64,000 nt of DNA from Candidatus Fermentithermobacillaceae bacterium DTU015 (GCA_001513185.1 LFST01000046.1:82161-146160), one strand, 5' to 3'; positions 1 to 10,216 are shown, numbered from the stretch's first letter. Numbers and translations: made by a program. Notes: generated from the letters alone by a model not told the origin.

Positions 1-334
1 GCTTATCGAGAATATTTTCGTGTTTGGGAGCCCTCTTCACGACGGAGCCGTCATTGTAAGAGGAGACAGGATTGCCGCAGCTGCAAGCTTCCTTCCGCCG
101 ACCCAGGACCCCGTAACGGTGGAGCTGGGTTCCAGGCACAGGGCAGCCTTGGGCATCACCCAGGTGTCTGACGCTGTGGCAATAGTAATATCCGAGGAGA
201 CAGGTACGGTTTCCTTGGCATCAGGGGGACGGCTTATCAGGGGCCTCGACGCCAAGACGCTGAGGGAAAAACTCCTGGAGGCCCTTGGGGCTCAGACCAA
301 TAATCAGACCGGCAGCCGGAGGCCTGGCAAATGA
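1..334 (+). CDS. cdaA: Diadenylate cyclase CdaA, C-terminal part (5' end outside window)
   Basis: ORF 20..334 is open to the window edge. Its translation is the C-terminal end of the DAC domain (LHDGAVIVRG...RHRAALGITQVSDAVAIVISEETGTVSLA). It is followed by cdaR and glmM, as in the conserved Firmicutes operon. Confidence 0.8.
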   Translation, partial: LIENIFVFGSPLHDGAVIVRGDRIAAAASFLPPTQDPVTVELGSRHRAALGITQVSDAVAIVISEETGTVSLASGGRLIRGLDAKTLREKLLEALGAQTNNQTGSRRPGK

Positions 335-1545
335 TTCGGAAAATGCTTACTGACGATTACGCAGCTAAAATAATATCGGTGATCCTGGCTATCATCGTAT
401 GGGTTCAGGTGTTTAACGATAAGAATCCCCTTGAGAGGCGGGTTTTCTCTGTTGATGTGGTGCCCAATGAGGCCGCCGGGGAGCTGATCATAGTCTCAGT
501 TGACCCGCCTAAAGTCAATATCACAATGGAAGGCCGCGCCAGGACTCTCGATGAGATAGACGAAGAGCGCCTAAAAGCGGTGGCTGATCTGTCGGATGCC
601 GGAGAAGGCGTATTCACTGCCCAATTGTCGGTGGATGTACCTTATGGCGTGAAAGTGATCGAGATAAGCCCTTCGACAGCCAGTTTCCACCTGGACGTGA
701 TGTATTCGGCTAACGTGGATGTGGCGATTGAAACGGTGGGGATGCCCCACGAAGACTTTGAAACGGGCGAACCTGTGCCTTCAGCGGGCACTGTAAGGGT
801 CACAGGGCCTAAGCGGCTGGTGGAAAGGGTTAGATACGTCCAGGGTTCAGTGGATATCACAGACGCCAGAGAAGCCGTATCCACACTGGTCAATTTGTCA
901 GCCCGGGACGGGGCCGGCAACGAAGTGGCAGGGGTCAATCTTGAACCCAGCCAGGTCCAAGTGACTGTACCCCTAAATCCGCTTCCGCCTTCGAAAATCG
1001 TGCCGGTACAAGCGGTGGTCACAGGCAAGCCAAAGGCGGGATTTGCCGTGGGGCCGATTACAGCCAGCCCGGCTCAGGTCAAGATCCGCGCCGATGAGCA
1101 GGTGCTGAGGACCATCGGGCATATATCTACCAGGCCGATCGATGTGTCTGAGAAGAGCAGTACTTTCTTGCACCAGGCCACTCTAGACCTTCCGCCTGGG
1201 GTGACGGTCCAGGACGGGCGGGTGCTCATTACAGTTGAAATCATCGAGGATATCACGACCAAGACCTACGAAGGCGTAATCGTTCAGCTGGAATCCCCGC
1301 CTGTGGGCTATGCGTGGGAGATCGATCCGGCCATTGTCAATGTGGACATCACAGGGCGGAGCGATATTTTGGATAAGATTGACAAGGACGACATAACAGT
1401 TTATATAGACGCCTACGGCAGGACAGAGGGTGCTTGGGATTTAGTGGTGGCTTACAAGATAAGCACCCCTGAAGGGGTGGATGCAGATGCGCTGCAGGTT
1501 GATATCAAGCCTGCCCGGGTGAAGCTCACTTTGACCCAGCGATAG
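331..1545 (+). CDS. cdaR: CdaA regulatory protein CdaR (YbbR-like repeats, N-terminal TM helix)
   Basis: ATGA start/stop overlap with cdaA. It has an N-terminal hydrophobic helix followed by beta-rich YbbR-type repeats, and its position between cdaA and glmM is the conserved one. Confidence 0.75.
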   Translation: MIRKMLTDDYAAKIISVILAIIVWVQVFNDKNPLERRVFSVDVVPNEAAGELIIVSVDPPKVNITMEGRARTLDEIDEERLKAVADLSDAGEGVFTAQLSVDVPYGVKVIEISPSTASFHLDVMYSANVDVAIETVGMPHEDFETGEPVPSAGTVRVTGPKRLVERVRYVQGSVDITDAREAVSTLVNLSARDGAGNEVAGVNLEPSQVQVTVPLNPLPPSKIVPVQAVVTGKPKAGFAVGPITASPAQVKIRADEQVLRTIGHISTRPIDVSEKSSTFLHQATLDLPPGVTVQDGRVLITVEIIEDITTKTYEGVIVQLESPPVGYAWEIDPAIVNVDITGRSDILDKIDKDDITVYIDAYGRTEGAWDLVVAYKISTPEGVDADALQVDIKPARVKLTLTQR

Positions 1546-1691
1546 GCCGGCCGGCTTCCGGCAACGCACCTTACGCATCTTACGCGCCTGATATATCCGA
1601 TGCGCCTATAACAGCCGGTATATCACATATCCCATGGGAGTTGTGCGTGCCGTAGGCAACGATGCACTGGATGAAACCGGAGGGTACTCAG

Positions 1692-3050
1692 ATGAATTTG
1701 TTTGGGACTGATGGCATTCGTGGTATTGCCAACGCGGATTTGACGTGTGAAATCGCGTTTAAGTTGGGCCAGGCTGTAGGCTTGCGCCTCACTCCACCTA
1801 GACAAGTATGTGTAGGAAGGGACACCAGAGTTTCCGGCAACATGCTGGAAGCTGCCTTGATTGCGGGGATCACCTCTACAGGCAGGGATGTAATCCGCCT
1901 GGGAGTGATCACCACTCCGGGGCTCTCCTTTATCGTGAGACATTTCAACTTAGGCGGCGGGGTGATGATCTCCGCTTCCCACAATCCCTTTGAATACAAC
2001 GGGCTCAAAGTGTTCGGCCCTGACGGGAAGAAGATTTCAGAAGACACCGAGCTAGAGTTTTCCCGGATGATCCTCGGTGAGACCCGGCTTGCTTTGCCTA
2101 CCGGAGACGCTGTCGGCCGGGTGTTTGAAGGCGCCGGGATGGTTGACGCCTACGTCCAATTCCTCAGAGGGTTTGTCCAAGCTGAGATGTCACGGTTAAG
2201 GATCGTGGTGGATACCGCCAACGGTTCCGCGTCCTACCTTGCCCGTCAAGTATGGGGTGCCCTGGGTGCAAACGTGAAGTTCATCCACTGCGAGCCCGAC
2301 GGGGTTAATATCAACAGAAACTGCGGTTCGACCAGCCCGTCGTGTTTGGCAGCAGAGGTGGTCCGGGGCGGGTTCCACGCGGGGTTTGCTTACGATGGGG
2401 ATGGCGACAGGTGCATAGCCGTGGATGAGCAGGGCAATGTGCTAAGCGGCGACCACATAATGGCGATCATGGCTTCCCACATGGCCCAAAACCAGCGGCT
2501 CCGGGGCAATACCGTGGTTGGTACGGTGATGGCCAATTTCGGGCTGGAGAAATACCTGTCTTCGTGCGGGATCAGGCTGATCCGGACGCCTGTGGGAGAC
2601 CGTTTCGTGATGGAAGAGATGGACCGGGGCGGGTATACCCTGGGCGGAGAGCAGTCAGGCCATATCATCTTCGGAGATATTTTGCCTGCCGGCGACGGCA
2701 TGCTTACATCCCTTTGCCTTGCAGGGGTGTTTGCCCGGTCAGGCCGCAAGCTGTCGGACCTTGCTTCGGTGATTGAACCGGTACCCCAAGTGCTGGTGAA
2801 CGTTGAGTCTGCTTGCCCAGGCCAGGTGGTACAGCTGCCCCGGGTGCAGCAAGCTATAAAGCAGGTAAGCGAACGGCTTGAAGGTGTGGGCCGGGTTGTA
2901 GTACGCCCATCGGGTACCGAACCTTTGGTCAGGATAATGGTTGAATCCCTGGATGCCGGCTTGGTCCAAGAGTGCATTGACTACTTAAAGGCCGTGATTA
3001 CCGAGGAAGCGCAGTCAGGGGCTTCCAGCCGGAAACCCCCGACCGTTTAG
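1692..3050 (+). CDS. glmM: Phosphoglucosamine mutase GlmM
   Basis: MNLFGTDGIRG N-terminus and the phosphoserine loop SASHNPFEYNGLKVFGPDG. The start was moved to the internal ATG at 1692, which is preceded by GGAGGG. Confidence 0.9.
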   Translation: MNLFGTDGIRGIANADLTCEIAFKLGQAVGLRLTPPRQVCVGRDTRVSGNMLEAALIAGITSTGRDVIRLGVITTPGLSFIVRHFNLGGGVMISASHNPFEYNGLKVFGPDGKKISEDTELEFSRMILGETRLALPTGDAVGRVFEGAGMVDAYVQFLRGFVQAEMSRLRIVVDTANGSASYLARQVWGALGANVKFIHCEPDGVNINRNCGSTSPSCLAAEVVRGGFHAGFAYDGDGDRCIAVDEQGNVLSGDHIMAIMASHMAQNQRLRGNTVVGTVMANFGLEKYLSSCGIRLIRTPVGDRFVMEEMDRGGYTLGGEQSGHIIFGDILPAGDGMLTSLCLAGVFARSGRKLSDLASVIEPVPQVLVNVESACPGQVVQLPRVQQAIKQVSERLEGVGRVVVRPSGTEPLVRIMVESLDAGLVQECIDYLKAVITEEAQSGASSRKPPTV

Positions 3051-4459
3051 GGCTTCATCAATTCATCAAACAATGCCCTCCAGCGAAGCCATGCCTTCCT
3101 GGCTTGGGTATGGGTGTAGTGTGTGAGCATTGCCCTGGCCTTGTCCGGATCGTGCTTGAAAACCTCGTACACTTGCTGTTCAAACCGGGCCTGCGAGTCA
3201 GCCCACTCCTTTTCCAGGGCGTCCCTTGCCTCTGATATCCTGGGGAACACTTGGGCGTATGCAGCGTCGGCCAGATCTTGCACCGACTGAAAGGCCCACC
3301 ATGCCCGGCTGGGACGGTATGACAGGTCAGCGGGTGGCACGTCAAAGTGGCTGGCCAAGGCTGCTTCCGGGGACATCCAGGTGTAGCCCGGCGGTATGCT
3401 GGTAATTCCCAGGTACCAGGGGACATATGGGCTGGTGCACGGGTTGAGCAGCGTCCGCCATATGCATGTGAATTCAGGTTGCTCCCTAAACTGGATCACA
3501 AAACTCTCCAGGGTGGTTGACGTGCAAATGGTCCGCTTGCCGGTGGTGTGGGGGTTGATGAGATAGCCTTTGGACAAATCATCGTCGGTGCCCTCGTAGT
3601 GGGTGCGGAGGATTGCCTTTACATCCTCTACTCCCAGCTTATGAGGGGGTCTTACTGAAAACGCCCGCACATCTTGTGGCTCAGCCTTGAGGATAAGCCT
3701 CAGTGCGTTTTTGTGGCGCACGATGTTGCCGTCCTGGTTCTTTTCGGGATCCTGGTAAGCCAGGGCGAAACTGAAGTCGCTGTAGTCTCCTGGACGTTTG
3801 GGGGTGTACCAGCCGCGGTCTATAGCATATGTAATTATGTCCGGTGATGCGATGTAATTGGCTTTGTCCGACAGGTCCACTTGGTGGATGGTGTACCAAT
3901 TGGGTATGAACATTACTTCATCATCTGGGACCCTTTTTGCCACATAGTGCTTGCCTTGTACTACTTGGAGCACCCAACCTTCGTGTTTGTCCACGATCTG
4001 GTATGCCCGCCCCGATGCGGTATACCCATATTTCTCTATGAGGGACACTGCGATTTCCACGCCTTCCCTGGCCGTCCGGGCCCTTTGGGCGATGATGTGC
4101 CCCAAGCCGTAGCCGATTCCCCCATTGGTGAGTTCAGGCATATCTTCCCTGGAGGGAGAGCAGTTGTCGGTAGCTACGGCCACGCCCCATTCGTTGATGA
4201 AGGTATCGCTAAATGATGGTTTCCAGCTGGCCCTGGTTTCAGACCAAAGATATGCCCAGGTTTGTTCAACCTGCGGGATTTTGGCGCATTCAGCTTCAAA
4301 CTCAAGCAGTTTACCTGGCTCGTGAGTTGCCCTGGGTACCAAATGCTGTATCATCACGTTATTGCCTGAATCGTCTTCATTATGGCCAAACAGCACTTCG
4401 CCTGTTGCAGAGGCTTCTTTACCTACCAAGATTGCGCTGCAGGCTTCAAGATTGCCCAT
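3047..4459 (-). CDS. C69-family dipeptidase (N-terminal Cys nucleophile)
   Basis: N-terminus MGNLEACSAILVGKEASATGEVLFGHNED matches the C69 dipeptidase signature, with the Cys after a short leader. Length 470 aa. Confidence 0.7.
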   Translation of the reverse strand: MGNLEACSAILVGKEASATGEVLFGHNEDDSGNNVMIQHLVPRATHEPGKLLEFEAECAKIPQVEQTWAYLWSETRASWKPSFSDTFINEWGVAVATDNCSPSREDMPELTNGGIGYGLGHIIAQRARTAREGVEIAVSLIEKYGYTASGRAYQIVDKHEGWVLQVVQGKHYVAKRVPDDEVMFIPNWYTIHQVDLSDKANYIASPDIITYAIDRGWYTPKRPGDYSDFSFALAYQDPEKNQDGNIVRHKNALRLILKAEPQDVRAFSVRPPHKLGVEDVKAILRTHYEGTDDDLSKGYLINPHTTGKRTICTSTTLESFVIQFREQPEFTCIWRTLLNPCTSPYVPWYLGITSIPPGYTWMSPEAALASHFDVPPADLSYRPSRAWWAFQSVQDLADAAYAQVFPRISEARDALEKEWADSQARFEQQVYEVFKHDPDKARAMLTHYTHTQARKAWLRWRALFDELMKP

Positions 4460-4565
4460 GGCTGTGCACCCTCCAGTCTATGTGGCTTGATGCTAATGAG
4501 CTGAATCCGGATGTTGTTTTCAATACCCGGCCGGGGGTCTCCTGCTCGCAAATGCCGATACTTAA

Positions 4566-4594
4566 TTGACAAAGGGGTCCGGTTTGTCTGCAAT
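4566..4594 (+). promoter_or_regulatory. Candidate sigma-A promoter for acpS (TTGACA-N17-TGCAAT/ATATAT)
   Basis: Perfect TTGACA at 4566..4571. An A/T-rich -10-like element lies 17-18 nt downstream, directly upstream of the acpS start. Confidence 0.3.
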
Positions 4595-4616
4595 ATATAT
4601 GAAAGCGAAAGGCGTG

Positions 4617-5045
4617 ATGGATGTGCTTAAGCCCGAACCTCTCCGTGTAGGCCTGGATGTGGTGCTCGTATCCCGGGTGGAGCAGATGTATAACAAACGG
4701 CCCCGGCAATTCGTCCAAAGGTTTTTCGGGGAAGATGAAAGGGAATATTGTCTCGCCCCGTCCCGGCCTGCCTGCCGGTTTCAGCGGTTTGCAGGACGGA
4801 TCGCTGCCAAAGAGGCGGTGATGAAGGTGTTGGGGCAGGGATGGCCCCGCCTGTCGTGGACTGACATCCAGATAGTCAGTGACGGGTCAGGCCGGCCGGT
4901 AGTGGAGCTCCGGGGCAAAGCTCTTGAGATCATGGACCGGCTGGGGCTGGCATCCATACAGGTGTCCATCACCCATGACGGGGACATAGCTGCCGCCGTA
5001 GCGGTTGGGATATCTAGAATGGTTGACAGCGATGGGTTGAACTAA
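4617..5045 (+). CDS. acpS: Holo-[acyl-carrier-protein] synthase AcpS
   Basis: LRVGLDVVLVSRVEQ and FAAKEAVMKVLG motifs of 4'-phosphopantetheinyl transferase. The start was taken at the internal ATG giving MDVLKPEP. The ORF-track start at 4566 coincides with the -35 hexamer. Confidence 0.75.
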   Translation: MDVLKPEPLRVGLDVVLVSRVEQMYNKRPRQFVQRFFGEDEREYCLAPSRPACRFQRFAGRIAAKEAVMKVLGQGWPRLSWTDIQIVSDGSGRPVVELRGKALEIMDRLGLASIQVSITHDGDIAAAVAVGISRMVDSDGLN

Positions 5046-5066
5046 TGGCCTAAAGGGGTTGGTTTC

Positions 5067-6758
5067 ATGTTGATCGTTTCCGCCGAAGAGATGCGCAGGC
5101 TGGACAACATGGCGCAACAACTGGGGGTACCCGCCCTCCTGCTCATGGAAAACGCAGGCAGGGCATTGGCTGATCATGCTGAGCGATTGTTGGCAGGGCT
5201 CCCCTTTGAAGGCCTCACAAGCTGCCAAGCTCAGGCCGGTGACGCGGTGTTGCCCGCACGGCTACCCAAGAAGCAGATTGCCATCTTGGCGGGACCGGGC
5301 CAGAACGGCGGAGACGGGTTTTGCGCCGCCAGGCATCTGGCTGCAAGGGGGCATGAAGTAAAGGTAGGTTTCTTTGGGAAGCAGGCGAAGCTGCCTGAGG
5401 AAGCCCACATGAACTACCAGATGCTTGCCTCATACCCCGTGGAAGTGTATCCGGTTGAGACTATGTCGCCGCAAGAGGTGCTGGATGCCTTGGGCCATCC
5501 CGACCTGATAATCGATGCGCTCTTGGGGATCGGGGGCCAAGGGGACCCCAGGTCGCCTATGGACATGGCAATAAGGTGGGCTAATTCCCAGGATGCGCCT
5601 GTGGTGGCGTGTGACATACCCTCAGGGTTGTCGGCGGATACAGGTTACGCCTATTCTCCTTGCATCCAGGCGGATCTCACCATCACCATGGGGTTTGCCA
5701 AGATCGGGCTCTTAAGCTATCCGGGCAGGATGTACACAGGTCACCTGATTGTTGAGAAACTGAGTTTTCCTCCAGGCATGGTAGTGGATTACCATCGTGA
5801 AGGCGGACAGACCCAAGCAGGCCTTCCAAGCCAGGCACAGGCTGACGGGCCCATTACCATCCTCGCTAAAGCGGCCACTATGGAACAAGCGGCAAGGTTG
5901 ATGCCGGTAAGGCGCGGAGATCACCACAAAGGAGTTTCGGGGCATGTGGTGGTAGTTGCAGGTTGTGTGGGCATGGCAGGCGCCGGGGTTCTGGCTGCCA
6001 AGAGCGCGCTTAGGGCAGGGGCCGGGACAGTCACCCTCATCTGCCCCGGTGGGGCGTACAATGCATGTGCAGGAGCGGTGCCTGAGGTCATGGTGGTACC
6101 TTGCGGCGAGTCGGGCGTGTTCTGCCCGAGTAAAGACTGCATTGAAGTGGTGCGCACAAATCTTGAGAGAGCAGCCGCGGTGGTCTTAGGGCCGGGATGG
6201 GGACGGGGGGATTTTCAGACACAGTTTTTGAAGGAGATCCTCCCTATTGCGTCGAAAAAAACCTGTGTGATAGACGCAGACGCGCTGTTTGCCCTAAGAC
6301 AGCTGGGCGGATTCTCATATCTGGCCGGCCTCCAGGGAAACTTTATTCTGACACCCCATCCAGGGGAGATGTCAGTGCTTACCGGGCTAAGCACCGGACA
6401 GATCCAAAAGGATAGGCCCGGTTACGCCAGGCAAGGGGCGCATGAATCAAACAGCGTGGTGTGCCTGAAAGGTGCCGGAACGTGTACTGCCGGGCCTTCA
6501 GGGCAGCTATGTGTGAATACATCAGGCGGGCCTTACATGGCAACTGCAGGTTCAGGTGATGTCCTCACCGGCGTTATCGCCGCGTTGGCTGCCCAGGGGC
6601 TTCCACCATATGAAAGCGCCTGGTTAGGTGTGTTCTGGCACGGGCTGGCAGGAGAAGCAGCCTTTAGGCGGAAAGGAGCGTACGGCATATTGGCCGGCGA
6701 TATAATAGAATGTTTGCCTGAGGCCAGGGCGCTTATAGGAGCACCCGAGACTAATTGA
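5067..6758 (+). CDS. nnr: Bifunctional NAD(P)H-hydrate repair enzyme Nnr (epimerase + ADP-dependent dehydratase)
   Basis: YjeF-N domain with the GPGQNGGDG loop, then a carbohydrate-kinase-like C-terminal half (GHVVVVAGCVGMAGAG, GSGDVLTG). Length 563 aa. Confidence 0.85.
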   Translation: MLIVSAEEMRRLDNMAQQLGVPALLLMENAGRALADHAERLLAGLPFEGLTSCQAQAGDAVLPARLPKKQIAILAGPGQNGGDGFCAARHLAARGHEVKVGFFGKQAKLPEEAHMNYQMLASYPVEVYPVETMSPQEVLDALGHPDLIIDALLGIGGQGDPRSPMDMAIRWANSQDAPVVACDIPSGLSADTGYAYSPCIQADLTITMGFAKIGLLSYPGRMYTGHLIVEKLSFPPGMVVDYHREGGQTQAGLPSQAQADGPITILAKAATMEQAARLMPVRRGDHHKGVSGHVVVVAGCVGMAGAGVLAAKSALRAGAGTVTLICPGGAYNACAGAVPEVMVVPCGESGVFCPSKDCIEVVRTNLERAAAVVLGPGWGRGDFQTQFLKEILPIASKKTCVIDADALFALRQLGGFSYLAGLQGNFILTPHPGEMSVLTGLSTGQIQKDRPGYARQGAHESNSVVCLKGAGTCTAGPSGQLCVNTSGGPYMATAGSGDVLTGVIAALAAQGLPPYESAWLGVFWHGLAGEAAFRRKGAYGILAGDIIECLPEARALIGAPETN

Positions 6759-6809
6759 CCGGTTTCAGACACTGACTAAGGGCCGGCTTATAAGGAGGCC
6801 GAACCTATC

Positions 6810-7133
6810 TTGGCTAGAATGAAACGAGTGGTTGTAGCATTTCCTGAAGACATATTGGCAGGCATCGATGACATAGTAGTAGAAACAAACAAGACCCGTT
6901 CTGTATTTATACGCGAGGCTTGCTGCTTTTACATGGAAAAGGTGAAGAGGGAAACCATGCGGGAACAGATGAAAGCAGGCTATTTGGAGATGGCCGAGAT
7001 TAACAGGCTCTTAGCTGAAGAGATAGCGTGCGATTTCGATTGTTATCCCAGACTTGGTCCCGTGGAAGAGTATCGCGCGTATATGGCTGAAATTTCCCAG
7101 CATGATGTTTCCGCCAAATGGAGGAAGTCTTGA
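6810..7133 (+). CDS. mazE: Type II antitoxin MazE/EndoAI (ribbon-helix-helix)
   Basis: KRVVVAFPEDILAGIDDIV...RSVFIREACCFYMEKVKRE is the RHH fold. It lies immediately upstream of a MazF/PemK toxin, in the acpS-...-ndoAI-ndoA context of Firmicutes. Confidence 0.8.
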   Translation: MARMKRVVVAFPEDILAGIDDIVVETNKTRSVFIREACCFYMEKVKRETMREQMKAGYLEMAEINRLLAEEIACDFDCYPRLGPVEEYRAYMAEISQHDVSAKWRKS

Positions 7134-7484
7134 TTGGAGCCTTCCAGAGGTGAGATTTACTTTGCCGATCTAAACCCTGTTCTCGGTTCGGAACAAGGGG
7201 GATTTAGGCCGGTCTTAATCATCCAGAACGACATCGGCAACAAGTACAGTCCTACCGTGATCATTTCTGCGATTACTTCCCAGATCCAAAAGGCGAGGCT
7301 CCCGACCCATGTAGAACTCCCTGCACGGATTTCCAATCTTGAGAAGGACTCGGTAATATTGCTTGAGCAGATAAGGACCATAGACAAAAGACGGCTTAAG
7401 AAAAGGGTAGCTAAGCTGGACAGCGACATAATGGCGCAGGTGGATGAAGGCTTGGCCATATCCTTGGGACTAAAGCCTTTGTAG
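7134..7484 (+). CDS. mazF: Type II toxin MazF/EndoA (PemK-family mRNA interferase)
   Basis: [28 protein letters not shown]...[11 protein letters not shown] is a canonical MazF signature. It has a TTG start abutting the antitoxin stop. Confidence 0.85.
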   Translation: MEPSRGEIYFADLNPVLGSEQGGFRPVLIIQNDIGNKYSPTVIISAITSQIQKARLPTHVELPARISNLEKDSVILLEQIRTIDKRRLKKRVAKLDSDIMAQVDEGLAISLGLKPL

Positions 7485-7527
7485 CAGTAAGGCCGGTTGC
7501 GGCAGTAAATCTCAAAGGGGAGGATAT

Positions 7528-8238
7528 ATGATGAAACCGGTAATCGGCATCGTAGCCAGTTGGAACGAGGAAAACGAGTCTTCTGTGCTGCCCCACACCT
7601 ATGTTTCCGCTGTGCTGGAAGCGGGCGGAATCCCTCTGGCTATACCCATGGTGGGCAAGGAAGAAGCTGACCAGATTCTGCCCAAACTGGACGGGATGGT
7701 ATTCCCAGGTGGCGCGGACGTGGATCCGGCCAGGTACGGAGAGCGGCCCCATTTGAAACTGGGCAAGGTAAACCCGAGGCTGGATGAGCTGGAATTGTAT
7801 CTGGCCAGAAGGGTATTGGATATGGGGCTTCCGGTTGTCGGGATTTGCCGAGGATGTCAGGTGGTTAACGTTGCAGCCGGCGGTACTTTGGTCCAGGATA
7901 TCCCGTCCCAGGTGGGAGGGGCCATGAAACACCAGCAACAGGCGCCTAGATGGCATGGTACTCACGAAGTAATCATAGATGAAGATTCCTTGGCGTTTGA
8001 CGTGTTTGGCGTCAGGCGGCTGATGGTTAACTCATATCACCATCAGGCAGTCAGGGACCCGGGGGAGGGCTTGGTCGTGTCAGGGCGGGCTCTCGACGGT
8101 GTTACCGAGGTGGTCGAAGGGCGGAAGAATTTCGTACTTCTGATCCAATGGCATCCTGAATGTATGTTTAAGCACAACCGGGTGTTCCTCAGGCCCTTTG
8201 AGGCACTGGTGGAGGCCGCCAGGAATTACCGTGATTGA
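7528..8238 (+). CDS. Gamma-glutamyl hydrolase-type class I glutamine amidotransferase (peptidase C26, PuuD-like)
   Basis: GICRGCQVVNVAAGGTL (catalytic Cys), a HHQAV His motif and the PGGADVDP loop. A GGAGG RBS precedes the start. Confidence 0.75.
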   Translation: MMKPVIGIVASWNEENESSVLPHTYVSAVLEAGGIPLAIPMVGKEEADQILPKLDGMVFPGGADVDPARYGERPHLKLGKVNPRLDELELYLARRVLDMGLPVVGICRGCQVVNVAAGGTLVQDIPSQVGGAMKHQQQAPRWHGTHEVIIDEDSLAFDVFGVRRLMVNSYHHQAVRDPGEGLVVSGRALDGVTEVVEGRKNFVLLIQWHPECMFKHNRVFLRPFEALVEAARNYRD

Positions 8239-8254
8239 GTGGAGGTATCAAGGG

Positions 8255-9361
8255 ATGAACGGTTCCAGGCCCACCTTAAGGGAATTAGGGATTTCTATCG
8301 GAACCCTGCCCACGGGGCGCTACAACGGGATTACTGATGTTCCCGGGGTGCTGGTGGGGCACTCTACGATCATAGAAGGTGAAGGCCCTCTGGTGCCGGG
8401 CATAGGGCCGGTAAGGACCGGGGTCACTGCAATCAAGCCTCATCCTGGCAACTTGTTTCAGTCAAAAGTCCCGGGCGCCGTGTACGTTATAAACGGTTTC
8501 GGGAAAGCCACAGGTATTGCCCAGGTCCAGGAGTTGGGGGTAATTGAAACCCCTATAGTGCTCACTAATACCTTGAGCGTAGGCCAGGCCTGGGATGCGC
8601 TTTGCGAGTACATGCTGGAACAAAACCCTGATATCGGGGTAACCACAGGCACCGTGAATCCCTTGGTACTTGAATGCAACGACGGTTATCTTAACGACAT
8701 AAGGGGCAGGCACGTGAAGCCTCATCATGTATTTGAGGCGCTCAACGGGGCGTCTTCGGGGCCTGTGGCTCAAGGTAACGTGGGAGGCGGTACCGGAATG
8801 TCCTGTTTTGGGTTCAAAGGGGGCATAGGTACGGCTTCCAGGTGCGTAGAGCTTGGTGAAAACCAATGGATTGTGGGCGTATTGGTAATGTCCAACTTCG
8901 GTAGCATGAAGGAACTAAGGATCTCAGGAGTCCCGGTGGGTTTGGAGCTGGAGCGGCGGTTGGGTACACAAGCCAAAGCTCCCCCTGGGTCCATAGTGAT
9001 CGTGTTGGGAACCGATGCGCCTGTGTGCCATAGGCAGCTCATGAGGATCGCCAAGAGGTGCCAGGGCGGGTTGGCCCGGGTAGGGTCTACCTTCCAAAAC
9101 GGAAGCGGCGATTTTGTCGTGGCGTTTTCCACGGCCAACCAGGTGAGTCACAAAGATCCGTCACCTTTTGTAGAGGGGAAATGGTTGCGGGATGATTCCC
9201 GTGAACTCGGCCGGCTTTTCGTGGCTGCGGTTGAAGCCACTGAAGAGGCGATCCTGAATTCCCTGTTTGCCGCAGAAACCATGGTAGGCCGGGATGGCAA
9301 TACCAGGATGGGCCTGCCTGCAGATATGGTACTTGACATTCTTAAAAGCTGGAAACCTTGA
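8255..9361 (+). CDS. DmpA/P1-family L-aminopeptidase (peptidase S58)
   Basis: The translation is rich in Gly motifs typical of DmpA/ArgJ-like Ntn hydrolases (GTAIKPHPGN, GGGTGMSCFGFKGGIGTASR). The start was taken at the internal ATG (MNGSRP). Confidence 0.65.
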   Translation: MNGSRPTLRELGISIGTLPTGRYNGITDVPGVLVGHSTIIEGEGPLVPGIGPVRTGVTAIKPHPGNLFQSKVPGAVYVINGFGKATGIAQVQELGVIETPIVLTNTLSVGQAWDALCEYMLEQNPDIGVTTGTVNPLVLECNDGYLNDIRGRHVKPHHVFEALNGASSGPVAQGNVGGGTGMSCFGFKGGIGTASRCVELGENQWIVGVLVMSNFGSMKELRISGVPVGLELERRLGTQAKAPPGSIVIVLGTDAPVCHRQLMRIAKRCQGGLARVGSTFQNGSGDFVVAFSTANQVSHKDPSPFVEGKWLRDDSRELGRLFVAAVEATEEAILNSLFAAETMVGRDGNTRMGLPADMVLDILKSWKP

Positions 9362-9441
9362 CATAGGGTGCCATATTTTTCAGCAGGATTAATCGAACAA
9401 TCGTCGAATGGTGTAAGAAGCAATTGTTGGGGAGGTTTGTA

Positions 9442-10113
9442 ATGCCGCGGAAGAACAAGGATAGCCAAGCGGAGCAAAGCCGGCCTGGTCAAACGGCCGG
9501 GAGGCCCGCTTATCTCAGGGGCTTAAGGCCCCGGGAAAAGCCCCCGGGTGAGGTCAAGGAGGCTGCTCCTGTTGAAACTCATGAGGAACAAGAACCTAAG
9601 GAAGACGTGGAACTGTACAGGTGGACAAACTGGCTTCTTCCTAGGCGTCCTCTGGTTGCCGTTTTCGTGATTGCCTCGCTCATCGGATGCATAGTGCTTG
9701 CATATTGGGCGGTACCTCAGCCGTTTTTTGTCGCTGTCATCACCATTATATTCCTTAATCGTTTGGCTCCGTATCTGTTTCCCGTCACATTTATCCTTAC
9801 TGAGGAAACGGTAGGTTACAGGACCTTCTTGGCCAGGGATATCCGCAATTGGGATGTGTTTTTGGCCTACAGGGAGTTTCCCGACGGAGTGTTCCTTACC
9901 CACGACATAAGGACTTTCAGGGGGCGTTTGAAGGAGGGGATCTTTCTCTATTATTACGAAGACTGTTCCAACAAAGATGAAATCCTTCGCATAGTCAGCA
10001 CCAAGTTGAAACCTCTCGACGAAGCACTATCTGCACCGCAAGAGAAGAAGGAAAACAAGGGCGGGCTGCGATCGGCTTTTGATCGGATTCGCAGGTTACG
10101 CTCAAAAAAATAA
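9442..10113 (+). CDS. Hypothetical membrane protein (2 TM helices + approx 100 aa cytoplasmic domain)
   Basis: ATG with a GGGGAGG RBS. It has a Lys/Glu-rich N-terminus, two hydrophobic helices, and a C-terminal soluble domain that may be bacterial-PH-like. It sits immediately upstream of the duplicated module. Confidence 0.45.
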   Translation: MPRKNKDSQAEQSRPGQTAGRPAYLRGLRPREKPPGEVKEAAPVETHEEQEPKEDVELYRWTNWLLPRRPLVAVFVIASLIGCIVLAYWAVPQPFFVAVITIIFLNRLAPYLFPVTFILTEETVGYRTFLARDIRNWDVFLAYREFPDGVFLTHDIRTFRGRLKEGIFLYYYEDCSNKDEILRIVSTKLKPLDEALSAPQEKKENKGGLRSAFDRIRRLRSKK

Positions 10114-10216
10114 CTCAGGACTACTCATCCTCCATCATAGCTTTATCTGAGCTTGTTTTTTCCATCGTTCATTAGCCGCTCTTATTAGTCACAGGGGGAG
10201 CAAGGAGGGATCTGGT

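Noticed and set aside
1546-1691. 146-nt leader upstream of glmM examined for a glmS ribozyme or c-di-AMP (ydaO) riboswitch
   Set aside because: The glmS ribozyme belongs upstream of glmS, not glmM. I could not recognise the conserved ydaO pseudoknot elements by eye, so no call was made.
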